Below are positions 10,720-24,125 of a stretch of DNA of 64,000 nt, one piece after another. A program made the position numbers and the translations under genes. Positions within the stretch are counted from its first letter, which is position 1, and each line of letters opens with the position of its first letter. Under the pieces are notes generated by a model. That model saw only the letters and a list, made by a program, of their open reading frames with translations, was not told where the DNA came from and searched no databases. The DNA is from Porphyridium purpureum (Eukaryota): contig VRMN01000003.1 of the NCBI GenBank assembly GCA_008690995.1, positions 1,612,001 to 1,676,000 on the forward strand, given 5' to 3'.

Positions 10720-10989
10720 CGTAATAGTATAATATGCGATGGCACATACATAAGCTTGTGCAGACATTAGCAAGAAGAATGGCTTTTGCTTCAGAATCTC
10801 CGTTCTATTGCGAGCTCGGACTCAACTCCTGACTTGATCATCCAGCGGCGCTTCCACGAGCTTGCTCTTCGCGACTTCCAAGTCAAAACATTCGTCTGGC
10901 TCGCCCCGGCAAAGGAAGAAGTCGGCAAATATCGATACCTGCCAGAGGTTTGGCGCCGAAGATGTCCACGTTCTCCTTCTTCGACACAA

Positions 10990-11340
10990 TCACTTTTGTA
11001 CATGCGCGCAAACGGATTCGTCCAGTCGCCGAAAGTTATCGAGCTTGGAGCTTGGATGATCAATGCAAAAGCCCACAAGGCGCACGAACACAATCACGAA
11101 CACGAAGTTCACCATGGGGTCCATGCAAGACGCATACAAATACCCTGCCATTGGGTCGCAAACGAGCGCAGCCAGAATATCCATCGACAGTGCATTTGGC
11201 ATTTGAGTTACTCTATGCATGTGCAGGTCACACATGGACGAGGTGGCGGGCAGAATTGTTGTGTCCGAAATTGCCGTCGCGTGGTCACCGAACACGGCAC
11301 CAGACAGAATGTGTGACGCGATGACCACATACCTTGCGTG
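10990..11340 (-). pseudogene. Degenerate C-terminal fragment of an NhaC-family Na+/H+ antiporter
   Basis: ILSGAVFGDHATAISDTTILPATSSMCDLHMHRVTQMPNAL resembles the NhaC motif GAVFGDHCSPISDTTILSS...HVxTQxPYAL, followed by two eroded TM segments. No in-frame ATG and no intact upstream portion. Confidence 0.7.
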
Positions 11341-12220
11341 CAGATTCCGAGTGCTTCCCCAAGAGATGGAGGTATCCACAGATAATCAGGGAGATTCCGT
11401 GAAATCAAGGTTCACACCCAACTCCCCTCGCGCACTCCTGCGCAAAGGCGCGTTACATATGCTCGTGCACGTCGCTAGTCCGCCATATTATGTGCCGTCC
11501 TCGCGTAAGTAACAAAGGCTCTCTAAAAGTCGTGCAGGAGTCCTTTGCTCGGTTATTGGAACGGGTCGAGGCGGCGAGACTGTCGCTTGTTCCCGAAGGA
11601 CCCAAAAGTGGGTTTTCGCAAATTAGCATCGCAAGCGCTAGTGTCGTGGGAGTAGAGGCTTGAGTTTTAACCGCAAAGAGTAACTCTCTGGTGGCACGCA
11701 AGGCAAAGCTATTTGGCCAGCCAGTAATCAAGTGTGTTTGGATAACTTAATGGCCGGTCACCCGGCTGGCATTTGGAGCACAGATGATCGGAGAGATCCT
11801 TGTTGAAATATGGCGAGATCTCCATGTAGAGGCGCGCTAGCAAGGAGCGAAAGGCGCGGCTTGTACAACTTTGTTCAAGCGTGACGACGTAAGCGACGCT
11901 GTCAAATCTTCACGCACTGCAGCACACGCTGTGGATGGTTGAAATGCGAGACTATAGTTTACTGGGATGGGCGTGGGCCTGCATAGCCCTCTCATCGTCG
12001 AATGTTCAGCGCCAAGTGGTGCACGTCATATCACTGCGGCTCCGGTTTTGCACACGACCGTGACTCGGCAGCGTCTGTATCATTCTTCCAATCCTTGTTC
12101 GGCGTGGAACAAGGCTGGAGACGTCCGTCGGTCTTAGAGCAATACCACGGGGCTTTCAAACTGTCCCCACACGCGGTGGGTGGTGTCATCCGGGCACTTT
12201 CACAGTAGACAATGTCCCGC

Positions 12221-14026
<1,806 letters not shown>

Positions 14027-14583
14027 CTATCTTTCATGCACACCCACTCCACCCCCACACCCACGCACGCCGCCCACGCCGAGTGTCGCCGCCTTTCCCT
14101 TGCTCTCTCAAACCCTTGTTCGTCGCCCCCGCGCATCTCAACCCTGGTGCCGCCCGCAATCACTTTCTTCTAAAACCGCCTGGTTTCACTAGACACATCG
14201 ATCGCACTGACGCACGTCGCCCGCCCCCACGGTCTCTCCCTCCCTCTCTCATTGGCTCGCTCGTCATAAGCAAAACACGTCGCTGGGAACAAATCCATCG
14301 GTTCACCTAATAAAACCGTCTCTCCTCATCAAAGACGCAGAAAACAGACGCAAACAACTCTGCAAACCAAGGACGCGCAAATACGCCCACATCGCAAAAA
14401 AGCGCGCTATCTCGCCGTCGTCCGTGTGGGCCCGGGCTTTCGTTCGACGGGGTGGGTCGGCCCGCAGTTTATTTTAATCGTGTGGATGATCGTAAAGAAA
14501 AGGGTTATTTAATCGCGTGCATGTTTAAAACAGAGAAGGCAAGGGGGTGTACGGTGACGTGTACAGTGTGGCGCGGATGGGAT

Positions 14584-17287
14584 TTAGATGGACGCGGAGT
14601 GGCGGAGGGTGGCGATGCTTTTGACAAAGTTGGCGCGCGCGTCGACTTCGGTGATGAGCACGTCCACCTCGTCGCCCAGGCGCGAGCCGGCGGGCACGCG
14701 CGACACAACTTGCGTGCAGAACGCAGACAGGAAAACAACGCCGAGCTCGCCGCCGGGCGAGCGCCGCAGCAGCAACGACGCCTCCCGCGCCGCGCACGCC
14801 CGCGCTCACGCTCGAGTCGCTGGCGTCGGACGGCGCGCCAGGGCGGGATCCCGGGCTGCCCGATAGGAAGCGCAGTAAAACGCCGCCGTGAGGTGTCGTG
14901 GGACCCATCTCTTTGAGTTTGACCAGTGTCCAGTACCGCCGTGCGCGCGTCTCGAGCGAGCGCGCCAGTCGGAACTTTTCAGAGCATTCGGCGACCACCA
15001 CTTTCATTTTCGTGCGGCTCATAAAGTCAGCTGGCTCGTATCCTGCAAAATGAGCGCGGATTTGAAAGTGCGCGACCAAGTCCAGGGCTCGTCGAATAGG
15101 ACTCGTCACTTGAACGTACGCCGGTACGCCGAGTCCATGATGACGGGACGCGTCCAATTTCGTGATCGACGGTGCTACTCCTCGCAAAAGAAGCTGGTTT
15201 CGCGCAACGCCCGGCGGAATCGATTCTATCACAGATGACGGAAGCTGCAGACTCGTGTCCACCGCAGGCTGCGACCGAAATGGAACCACCAGACCATTGC
15301 CACAGCACCACTGCCCAGCAATGGATCCCACTGCTATCATTAGTTCTTGGACTGTCCTCCAGCTGTCCAAGTGGTCAGGGATCCGTTCAATTCGTATATC
15401 GTATTCGACAAACTCATCCTCATACCGCTGTCTATTTCGGATGCCACGATGCTCCTTGCGCTGCTTTTTCTGATTCCGATAAACCTTCACCACACACGAT
15501 GATGACTGCACGTCAAGCGCCCCCGACGCGAGCCTTCGTTTCAAAAGGCGATCTGCGGCATCGCGTAAAACCTTGAGATCTTGCGCTGCAAAATTGTCCC
15601 GTTGTCCCTCTATTTTTTCACCTGCCTGACCCAGCAAGAGCTCGGCTTCATGATACGTAAGTCTGTGAAGATCAAGCGAAATGAATGAAGGCACCAGTTG
15701 TGTGTCAAAAAGGGCTCCTTTCGCGTCCACGCGAAAGCCAAAGCTTAGCGCAGGTCTCGGAATAGTGTCATCGCAGTTTGTTCCTTCATACATCTGCGCT
15801 CCGAGAGAAAAGACATTGTTGACCAAATCTTGGGGGAACATGTGTATCACTTCCGTCGGCAAGTACAGCGTGGTGGTCCGCCTGATAGCTTCCTCAAACA
15901 TCGGGTCGTCTCCTGCGTGACGTGATCGGTCCGAAGATCCGCACGTAGGGTCGAGCCAGCGAAGTGGATCTGCTACGTGGACCCAGATACGGGGTGACAC
16001 GTTGTTGCTGACTCCTTCCAAGCTGGGTTCGACACTAATTCCGTCGTCCAGGTCCTCAGCATCCGCCGAATCGATCGCATACACCTTCAGGTGCGTGAGA
16101 TCTACACGTTTGGACAGCAAAATATCGTCCATTTCGCGCAGAGCCTTTCGCTCGCCCAACTGGTTTGCCTTTTGCAATGTCGCAGAGGTAAAAGTGCGCG
16201 CATTTTCAAACTGGGAATTGATGATCGCAAGATTTTCATGCGGGTCAAACACATTCAAATCCACGAGAAGATCAAAGGCGCCACCGGGTGTCAAAGGAAG
16301 CTGTGCGGCCTGCAGCAGCTCGACTATGCGTTCTGCTTGGGCAACGTCGCTAGAATTCCCGGATAATTTTTCTATCTCAAACCAAGAAACGCTGTTGCAA
16401 AGTTTGGTCTCTGCCAGCTTCCCAACGGACTTCAATTTCTCGATGAGCGGAGCAAATCCAGCACCATGCACGCTTGGCTTGTACCCTGAGCCACCGACAG
16501 AGCGCCGAAACTGTAGCAGGTTCAATAACAGCTGCGAGCCCTCCTGCTCGCGGCGCTCCTTCTCCCGTGCGATAGCTTCCAGTTCGTGCACCTGCACGGT
16601 GCCCCGTGCTTCAAACATGCCACTTGTTCCAGATCTGCTACCGACTGCCTTGAAGTAGATCGCATCCTTCAATAAGAGCAAGTGAGCGGCGTAAACGTGG
16701 TGTTCTGAAAGTGACATATCCTGATTCGCACGTCTTTCAGTGTCGATGAACAGGCTGTTTGCCACATCGCGCACGCTGAATGTACATGTCCTATCACCCT
16801 TGGCGCCTTGTGCATCATTCGATAATGATGGCTGCGACAACGCATTCCACACCTGTACGAGTCGATCTGAATGCGTTGTGACGAGCTTCAAAGCTCTTGT
16901 CTCGAAGTGTGCAATCTGCTCGAACGAGTCTACCGGTGGTACGGTCGGGCGCAACACTAACGTGATTTTTTTGCGTGTGACAAGAAGCTCGACACCTCTA
17001 GAGTCGACCACTTGCCACGTGTCGCGCTTCTCTTCGCGCTGTACCAAAGCCAATCTCCTCTGCGTTTTCCCGAGCTTAATTTCGACCAGAGCTCCCGCCG
17101 TGATTCCATCCGCGGCTCCCTGCACGCGCGCTGAGAAATACAACCGTCTCGCTCGGGTGGTCGATGTGTTTTGTTTCTCACGCACCGCAAACCGTCCGGG
17201 TGTCCGATCACAGCACCGGCCGGGTTCGCGCGCGCCACGCTCGCGCCGCAACGCCGAGGAACCTCCTGGAAGGACGAATGCTTCCAT
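14584..17287 (-). CDS. Plastid RNase II/RNB-family 3'-5' exoribonuclease; C-terminus apparently in a second frame
   Basis: RNB motifs AIDSADAEDLDDGISV, WVHVADP, TLYLPT, HHGLGVPAYVQVTSPIRRALDLVAH; MEAF-type transit peptide. The S1-like end GELGVVFL...LGDEVDVLITEVDARANFV* lies in another frame (stop 14584) rather than the track's stop at 14525. Confidence 0.88.
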
Positions 17288-17434
17288 CTCTGCTCGACAC
17301 CGGGCGCGCGAACGCGAGAGATACGTTCGTTAATACCTCGGCGTCGTTTATAATTTTCGAGGTAGTCATAAGTTTGACCCGCTAAGCGATCATCTACTCG
17401 AGTTATTCGTGTCAGCCTCCCTTTCTGCGATTCG

Positions 17435-18058
17435 CTAAAGATCGGTTTTCGGATCCACGGTGCACAGCTGGAACAGCTGCGCGCAAATATTCGTCGGCGT
17501 CTGTCCAAACGTCTCGTCCCTGAGAATGTCAACAAGCGCATCTTCATGTGCTTCTAGCATGGAATCGCACATGTACGACAGTTGCCGGTGGAGGTCGGGC
17601 ACCTGCTTGAGCTCAATGTCTGGGTCTGCGCCTTGCTCCAAGCGTCGAAAATTAAAGCCGCCCTGCGATTCGGGATTCGAATACGTGACAAACGCACTGG
17701 ACATCGGCAAACAGGCGCGATCCAGCACGGACAGCACGTGATCTTCGGAGAAAGCATATGGAACCTTCTTGACACCTCGCTGCTTGCCGTCTGGCCCGAC
17801 CCTGAAGCTTCCCGAGTTGACCATCATATCGCGGACGCGTTGCGCGTCCGCTCGCACAAGCTCCTGCATCTCATTGACGATTGTTTCACACGCCACACAC
17901 GGAACATTCGGGTAGCCTGCGTACGCCTTTGGCACGAGTCTCGAGCTCAGCTGGGCGTATGCGCCAAGGAATAGGACTGCAGCGAAGATGGCACCAATCA
18001 GCAGCGCGCCGAGACCACGCGCCGCTCGTGTCACCGGCATGCAGATTCCGATCGCCAT
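17435..18058 (-). CDS. Canopy (CNPY2-like) saposin-fold ER protein
   Basis: Signal peptide, CVACETIVNEM, GSFRVGPDGKQ, VPYAFSEDHVLSVLDRAC, six saposin-type Cys, C-terminal KTDL (KDEL-like). Confidence 0.85.
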   Translation of the reverse strand: MAIGICMPVTRAARGLGALLIGAIFAAVLFLGAYAQLSSRLVPKAYAGYPNVPCVACETIVNEMQELVRADAQRVRDMMVNSGSFRVGPDGKQRGVKKVPYAFSEDHVLSVLDRACLPMSSAFVTYSNPESQGGFNFRRLEQGADPDIELKQVPDLHRQLSYMCDSMLEAHEDALVDILRDETFGQTPTNICAQLFQLCTVDPKTDL

Positions 18059-18386
18059 GTCTCTGGCGACATAAGCGACCGCCACAAGTGTACAGTGTGT
18101 CGTCTGCTAATCGCCGAGGTGTCGACCCGACCATGAGGTCATGGGCCCAGAACTATGCACAGATCACGTCGGGCGTGAGCAAGGCAAAGGCGTCAAGTAT
18201 TTGGCGAAGAATACGCGCACGGGGCTGTGGATGTGTCTACGAAGTTTGCGAATCTTCCTTTTATGGTTTATGATACATGTGCTTTTCGCGTCGACCTGAA
18301 ATGGCTTGGCTCGAGCGCGCAAGCCTCAGCATAGCACCGTTTTATGGGCAGCCGAAGAGCCTGGGCGCTCCAGTCGAGGCCGTGCG

Positions 18387-19505
18387 TTAGACTGCTGTAG
18401 AAGCAGCAAATTTGTTCATCATGGGTACCATCATTTGCGAGATCATGTTTTTCGTTCGTCCAGCGGACTTGCTGCCCGCACCTGATGCAGAAACCGCAGT
18501 TATTCCAGCTGGTGATGTCTGCTCCTGATGGTCTTCTTGAGTACCTGCACGCGCATGCGCTGCCGCGGCCACTAATTGCGCCTTCACAATTCCATAAGCC
18601 TCAACGGCACTCACGCGAGTAGATGGATCTACGTCGAGCAGGGCGGCGGTCAAGTTTTGCGTCTTTTCCGACACACGTTTCCAGGCCGAGGACTTGAATG
18701 AAATGCTGCCCTTGCGAATGCGGCGAGCGTCCAAGTCCTTGTCGGACATCGGGAAGGAGCCAGTGATGATTACGAAGAGAATCACACCAAGAGCAAAAAG
18801 ATCCGCCCGGCGAGGGTCCGTGTTCGGTACGCGGAGCAGCAGTTCCGGTGCCTTGTACTGCTTGGTCCCTGGAAACTCGTTCACAACATTTGAACCGTCC
18901 ATCTCTATCCAGTGCGAAAGACCAAAATCGATCAGCTTGATGCACATTTTCGGATTGCGCGTCACCATCACATTTTCAAGCTTGATGTCTCGATGAGCAA
19001 TACCACACGAGTGAAGGTACGCAAGTGTGTGCAACACCTGCGCTGTCAGAAACAAAAGCTGGCTCTCTGACAAAGATCCCTTGTTCAGCAATTCGAACAA
19101 GTCATCGCCGTCTACCAGTTCTGTCACGAGGAACCACTGCGTCTCAGACTCGCAAAAGTCAACAAACTTGACAACACCTGGGTGCTGAGTGCTACGCAAA
19201 ATCATGGCCTCACGCAGTACGTGCTTTTCCTGCCTGGAGCACACCACACCATTGCCCAAAAATCTTTTCGAGATAATTTTGACCGCTACTTGGGTCTGGT
19301 CACTTTGCACAGCACGCCAGACGCTGCCCTGACCTCCCTTGGCAATCTCAGAGCACAAAACAATGCCGCGCGTTAAGAGCTCCGTGGCCTGAGAGAGTAC
19401 TCTGGTCTCGGTATGCGGACCTTCGCTAATCTCACATGAATCTCCTGTTCGGTCAAACTGGTGTGAAAATGCATGGGCCATTGCTGGGCCTTGCTTCCTC
19501 ATCAT
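18387..19505 (-). CDS. Ser/Thr protein kinase, CAMK-like (paralog 1)
   Basis: GGQGSV, VAVKII, HRDIKLEN, DFG, PGTKQYKAPE, DLFALG. Confidence 0.92.
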   Translation of the reverse strand: MMRKQGPAMAHAFSHQFDRTGDSCEISEGPHTETRVLSQATELLTRGIVLCSEIAKGGQGSVWRAVQSDQTQVAVKIISKRFLGNGVVCSRQEKHVLREAMILRSTQHPGVVKFVDFCESETQWFLVTELVDGDDLFELLNKGSLSESQLLFLTAQVLHTLAYLHSCGIAHRDIKLENVMVTRNPKMCIKLIDFGLSHWIEMDGSNVVNEFPGTKQYKAPELLLRVPNTDPRRADLFALGVILFVIITGSFPMSDKDLDARRIRKGSISFKSSAWKRVSEKTQNLTAALLDVDPSTRVSAVEAYGIVKAQLVAAAAHARAGTQEDHQEQTSPAGITAVSASGAGSKSAGRTKNMISQMMVPMMNKFAASTAV

Positions 19506-21919
19506 GAACTAACTCCTGCTTCCCTTCCTTTCCCTCTGCACGTGTGGAGTCCTCCCGCCTGTTCAATGGCAGCCTTGGCTCGCGCGGCAACTACCATGTC
19601 CATCAATCGAACATTTATACCCGCCGTACGCGGCTCTACCTGCTGCCCCTTGGGCGCTTTTTGTCCGACTTTTTCATCTTCGCGATAATTTGCCCCGGGT
19701 GCACAACTGCACTTCTCCATTTATTGGATTGGGCGTCATCCACATCTTTTTTTTTTTTTTCCCTGTTTTCGCACTGCCCACATTTCTCACGTCCCTTGCG
19801 AACCTTGGTGATCGATGACGCCATTTCCACGCAGTGAAGCGAACCACGGACGAGAGTGAGTCATGAGGAAGTAGGCTCGTGTCTGTGGAGATGATGATTT
19901 CGGCGCTGTTTGGGTGGCCCAAGATGCACCCAAAAGCGACCGAGCGTGGTGCTGCGTTGTCGAGAAGAAGATTGCGTCACAACATACCAAACGCCACGCT
20001 GCAGCTTTTCACGCCGCGTGTGTACGCATAACACGTGTGCGTCTGCCACGCAGCATCCGGGTCACCCGCGTCCACTTGAATTTGAAGCGGTACAGTAATC
20101 GGTGTAAACAAACTGTACCTCAAAGCTGTGCAACACGCGCAGCTCGTCCAACGAGCGGCGCATGACAGCGGAGCTGCTCACGAACGTGCGGATTCTGCAC
20201 GCGTCAGACATACTGTACATTTGGAAGGCACGCGCCCTGCGGCCTGTGTCATTCCGATTTGAATTTGGCATTCCAGATGTGAATAAAACAACCCAACGCT
20301 AGTTCCCTCCACAAAACACGACCGGAGGCATGCTATCATGCGATACACAGTTCCCGCGCAGAAGAACCATAGCTTTCCAAGTTGCACGTCAATGCCTCGT
20401 CTCGACATAAGAGGCGGCGGCTTCAGAACGTCGTGCTTGACAACATCGCAGCATGCTGACGTACAGCCCAGTAACCTTCTTTTCAAGCAGCCAAGGAAAA
20501 CAGTCCCAGCCATGCAAGTGTGATGTCTGTCTTAATGCGCGTGTGGGACAGAAGCTCGAAGGTGAAAAACTTCGGCCAGGGCGGTGGTCTGAAGACCGTT
20601 GCAGATCTCCATTCTGCTTTTGCGGCATCGGATTCCGTGCGAAGCTTTAGGCGCTTCGTATACATTACGAACAGCAGTCCGTTCCGTTCGCTACCACTGC
20701 GCGCAAAAGCATCGGCCGTGACACCAGTACCGAGCGAGCGTCGATCGACGCCTGCTTGACATGGTTCGTGAAGATTCGCGCCGTACTCCAAGGCGCGCAA
20801 GTGTGCGTTTCGAAATCGGTCGCGTGTGGCGACGCACGCGGCATTCACCGACCTCGCAAACCCTTTTGGTCTCATCACGCCATGCTATGCTGATTGGGTG
20901 ATTCGACTGCCATTATGAGATGCCACGCAAAGGACGGAACCTTCTTGGTAATTACGATTCGACCCAAGAGCGGCCACCGAGAACAAGCAGAGTCAGCAAG
21001 CGCCTCTGTATCATGCTTCGCCGCCCACATCGCAGTCACCCCTTCATGCATGGCAACCACGACCGGCACGAACGCTCGAACATCGCATCATCACAACACG
21101 TGGTGCCGCACACGCACACGAAACGAGTCCGACACCCACGACCTTCATGCCACTACGTCTGCGCACTCTACGGCGGCCTGGCTGGTGTCCCGCGGGTGGA
21201 CAGGTACAGCGATTACCAGCAACCAAGTACACTAGTTCTTCTCTTGTTGAAAATGCGGCGGGTGACAATGAGCGTGTCCTTCTGAATCGAGTTGTTTTAT
21301 CGAGACTGTAAATTTGCGGGGAGCGAGCTGGCGTGTGCGTGGGACGCGGGAGTTGCGATTTTCGACGGTGTTGCTCGTTTTGTGGGTCCGCTTTACAGGG
21401 AGACTTAGGGGCGCGATATGCGTACATCCAGATGACCCAACCCTTCACTCCATGAAGCAAGCGGGTGATCGATGGATTGATATCCAAGGCGCACAGCGTG
21501 CTCTTGGTCTCGGCTCCGAAGAGCCATCGGGTGGATGTTTGACTGTAGATGCGCGGCACGTGCGAGAGCCTGCATGGTGGTGGATGAGTCAGTCAAACAC
21601 CGCACCAAGCCAAAGCAATGACTCAGACACTCCATCCTGTGGCATCGTGAAAGGAGCCGTGCTGCCGCATCTCTGTGTAAAATTGAACGTGTGACACAGA
21701 TGTGAATGGGAACAACGGATAGAAGTGATCCGCTTGTCCCTGAAGTAATTCCAGCCAGTCGCTGATTCCATGATGTCGCCGTTTGACGAGGTCACCCAGC
21801 ATTTTAGTAACACGATTGATGGGCAAATCCCCGGACAGCCAATTCAGCCGGATTGTCAGCGAGGCGCAGCTTGGCTTGGAGACGCGCGATTCTGACGAGA
21901 TTTCTTCGAATCAAGCTCC

Positions 21920-22836
21920 CTCCTACGTGGCGGCGTGCGGATTGTGCTGCAGGAGAAGCTCGCAAGTGGTCGTCAAGGAAGCATGTAGCGCGGCGCCCGT
22001 GAAGACCACAGGAGAGGAGCTGTCGCGATCATCAAGAAGACATCCCCCAAAGGATTGCTGGACCAGCAACAGGAATGAAACCTCCAACGCGAGGTGGCAA
22101 TCTCAAGTTCCGTCAGCCGTGCCGGCGTCGTGGAATTCATTGCTTTTGCGTGTCGCCGACTCCCTGGTACGCACTTATAGAGCTAAGTGACAGGCTCGAT
22201 ACATTCGAATTTTTAAGCAGGGAGAGCGTGAAGGAGCGCGATTTCCTTTCCATGGTTGCCCAGGTGCTTCACACGGTGGCCCACGTACACTCGATGAGTA
22301 TTACACACCGCGACATCATGCTCGAAAACAGTGTGGTCCCTAAGAGGCCAGCTTCGTCGCCGGTGAAGCACGAACTGAAATGCAAGCTCATCGACTTTCA
22401 ACTTGCGCACTGTGATCTTGACGGCAAAAAGATCACGACATTTCTACGGACGAAACAGTACCAACCGCCAGAGACGCTGTTGCGCGTGCCGGACATGGAC
22501 CTGCGCCCGAAGGACGTGTGGGCCATCGGCATGCTTGTGTATGCAGCCTTGACGAACACGTATCCGTTTACGTCGCAACACTTTGAGAAGTGGAGACTCC
22601 AAATTAGAACCCCATTTGACGAGCACGCTTGGAGCCGAGTCGCTCAGACGACCTGGACAGCGGTGAAATCGGTGCTGCACTACAATCCAGCTTGGCGGCC
22701 AAGCACAGTGCGTGCGTGCCAATTTTTTGGCCCCGCCAGTTCGTTTCAACTTGTAACTTGTCGTAGAAGCAGAGCAATGCTCGGCTGTAGCTTGTATCGT
22801 AAAAATAGTTTACGAATAAGCATTGAACAAACCTGA
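21920..22836 (+). pseudogene. Inverted pseudogene copy of the flanking kinase family
   Basis: Frame from 21920 reads IVLQEKLASGRQGSM*...QE*NLQREVAI...GVVEFIAF (stops at 21986 and 22076). Frameshift near 22145 to PWYALIEL...HRDIMLEN...DFQ...YQPPE, with catalytic motifs degraded. Confidence 0.88.
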
Positions 22837-23093
22837 CCCTACATATGCAACGCATGCGGCGATATCGTCTGGCGAAAAGCGCTTGGTGATCCCTTGGCAA
22901 AAGCTGTGGAGAATCGGAAAGATGCCAAAGACATCGCCACCAAAGGTAAGCACGAATTTTGTACACACTTCTGGCCAGTCGTCCCTCAAAGCGTGCTTGC
23001 ACGTGTCTTCTATGCGAGTCGACTGGGGGTCGAGAGCTTGGTGACACTTTTAAAATTTTACATAATAAGATTGAGTTACGTGAGCAAGTCGTG

Positions 23094-24125
23094 CTAAGCA
23101 GGTAAAAGGCCCATCTGTTTGAGTGCCTTTGTCATTTGACCGCTGCGGTGTCCGACCTGTTGCGGCTCTGAGGGATGTATACTGCTGCGCGTTTGCTTCT
23201 CATTTGTCCCACTTGATCCGCTCGACCGGACCACACGTCCGGCCAAAATCGTTTCGACGCGTTCCAGCGCTTGCTTTGCCGTGAGTCGGCACGATGGGTC
23301 CTTCACGAGCAGATCTTTCAATAATTGCTTGAATGGACTGGTCACTTTCTTGAAGACAACCAACGACAGGTCCAGGTCTTTTTTGACTATGCTTTGGGCA
23401 AGCAAGTCATCAGACGCGCCTTTGAATGCATACTCGCCACAGCACGCGGTGTACATCATGCAACCAAGTGCCCAAAGGTCCGCAGGACGCGGGTCCATGT
23501 CCGTCTGCCTAAGCACCAATTCGGGTGCCTTATACACGTGCGTTCCCGGATGTGTACTGACCACATTGCTGCCCTCGAGTTGCGCCGAATGCGCCAGACC
23601 ATAGTCAATCAGTTTGACTCGTAAACTGCCCTTGCGTACACAAACCACATTCTCCAGCTTGATGTCACGGTGTGAAATTCCATTTGCGTGCAGATAAACG
23701 AGAAGCTCGCATAGCTGCTTGACAATCGACAAGATTTCGTTTTCGGTGAAGGACGAGGTGCATACCACCTCGAACAGGTCGTCGCCCTCGAGCAACTCTG
23801 TGACAACGTACCATGCGACATCGTCCTCGTGGAACGAATGGTACTTGAGCGAAGCAGGGTGGTCAATATTCTTGAGCAGCAAAGCCTCACGATGTACGCT
23901 CATGGTCTGCGACGCTGAGACTTGCGCTGGATTCTGGCGAGAGTACTGCTTGGTAATTACCTTGACTGCGAGCGGCTTGGAATCACTGTCCATTGCGCGA
24001 TACACAATGCCTTGTCCGCCGCTGCTGAGCTTTTCGGTGAGAAAAATTTCATTCTGCACAAGCACGCGCTTCTGCAAGTTCAGCGCCGAGTCCGAGTGCA
24101 TATTCCTACCCTTCTTGATGTTCAT
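23094..24125 (-). CDS. Ser/Thr protein kinase, CAMK-like (paralog 2)
   Basis: GGQGIV, LAVKVI, HRDIKLEN, DYG, PGTHVYKAPE, DPRPADLWALG. First in-frame ATG is 24125; the true start may be 24213 (see findings). TATA-like element at about 24256-24265. Confidence 0.92.
   Translation of the reverse strand: MNIKKGRNMHSDSALNLQKRVLVQNEIFLTEKLSSGGQGIVYRAMDSDSKPLAVKVITKQYSRQNPAQVSASQTMSVHREALLLKNIDHPASLKYHSFHEDDVAWYVVTELLEGDDLFEVVCTSSFTENEILSIVKQLCELLVYLHANGISHRDIKLENVVCVRKGSLRVKLIDYGLAHSAQLEGSNVVSTHPGTHVYKAPELVLRQTDMDPRPADLWALGCMMYTACCGEYAFKGASDDLLAQSIVKKDLDLSLVVFKKVTSPFKQLLKDLLVKDPSCRLTAKQALERVETILAGRVVRSSGSSGTNEKQTRSSIHPSEPQQVGHRSGQMTKALKQMGLLPA

Noticed and set aside
19502..19720. 72-aa ORF whose stop overlaps the kinase 1 ATG (ATGA)
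   Set aside because: ATGA overlaps arise often by chance; the TSS is unknown and there is no conservation evidence.
19720..21900. About 2 kb gap with short ORFs, possibly an eroded gene or transposon
   Set aside because: I could see no transposase or RT motif, terminal repeat or identifiable homology.
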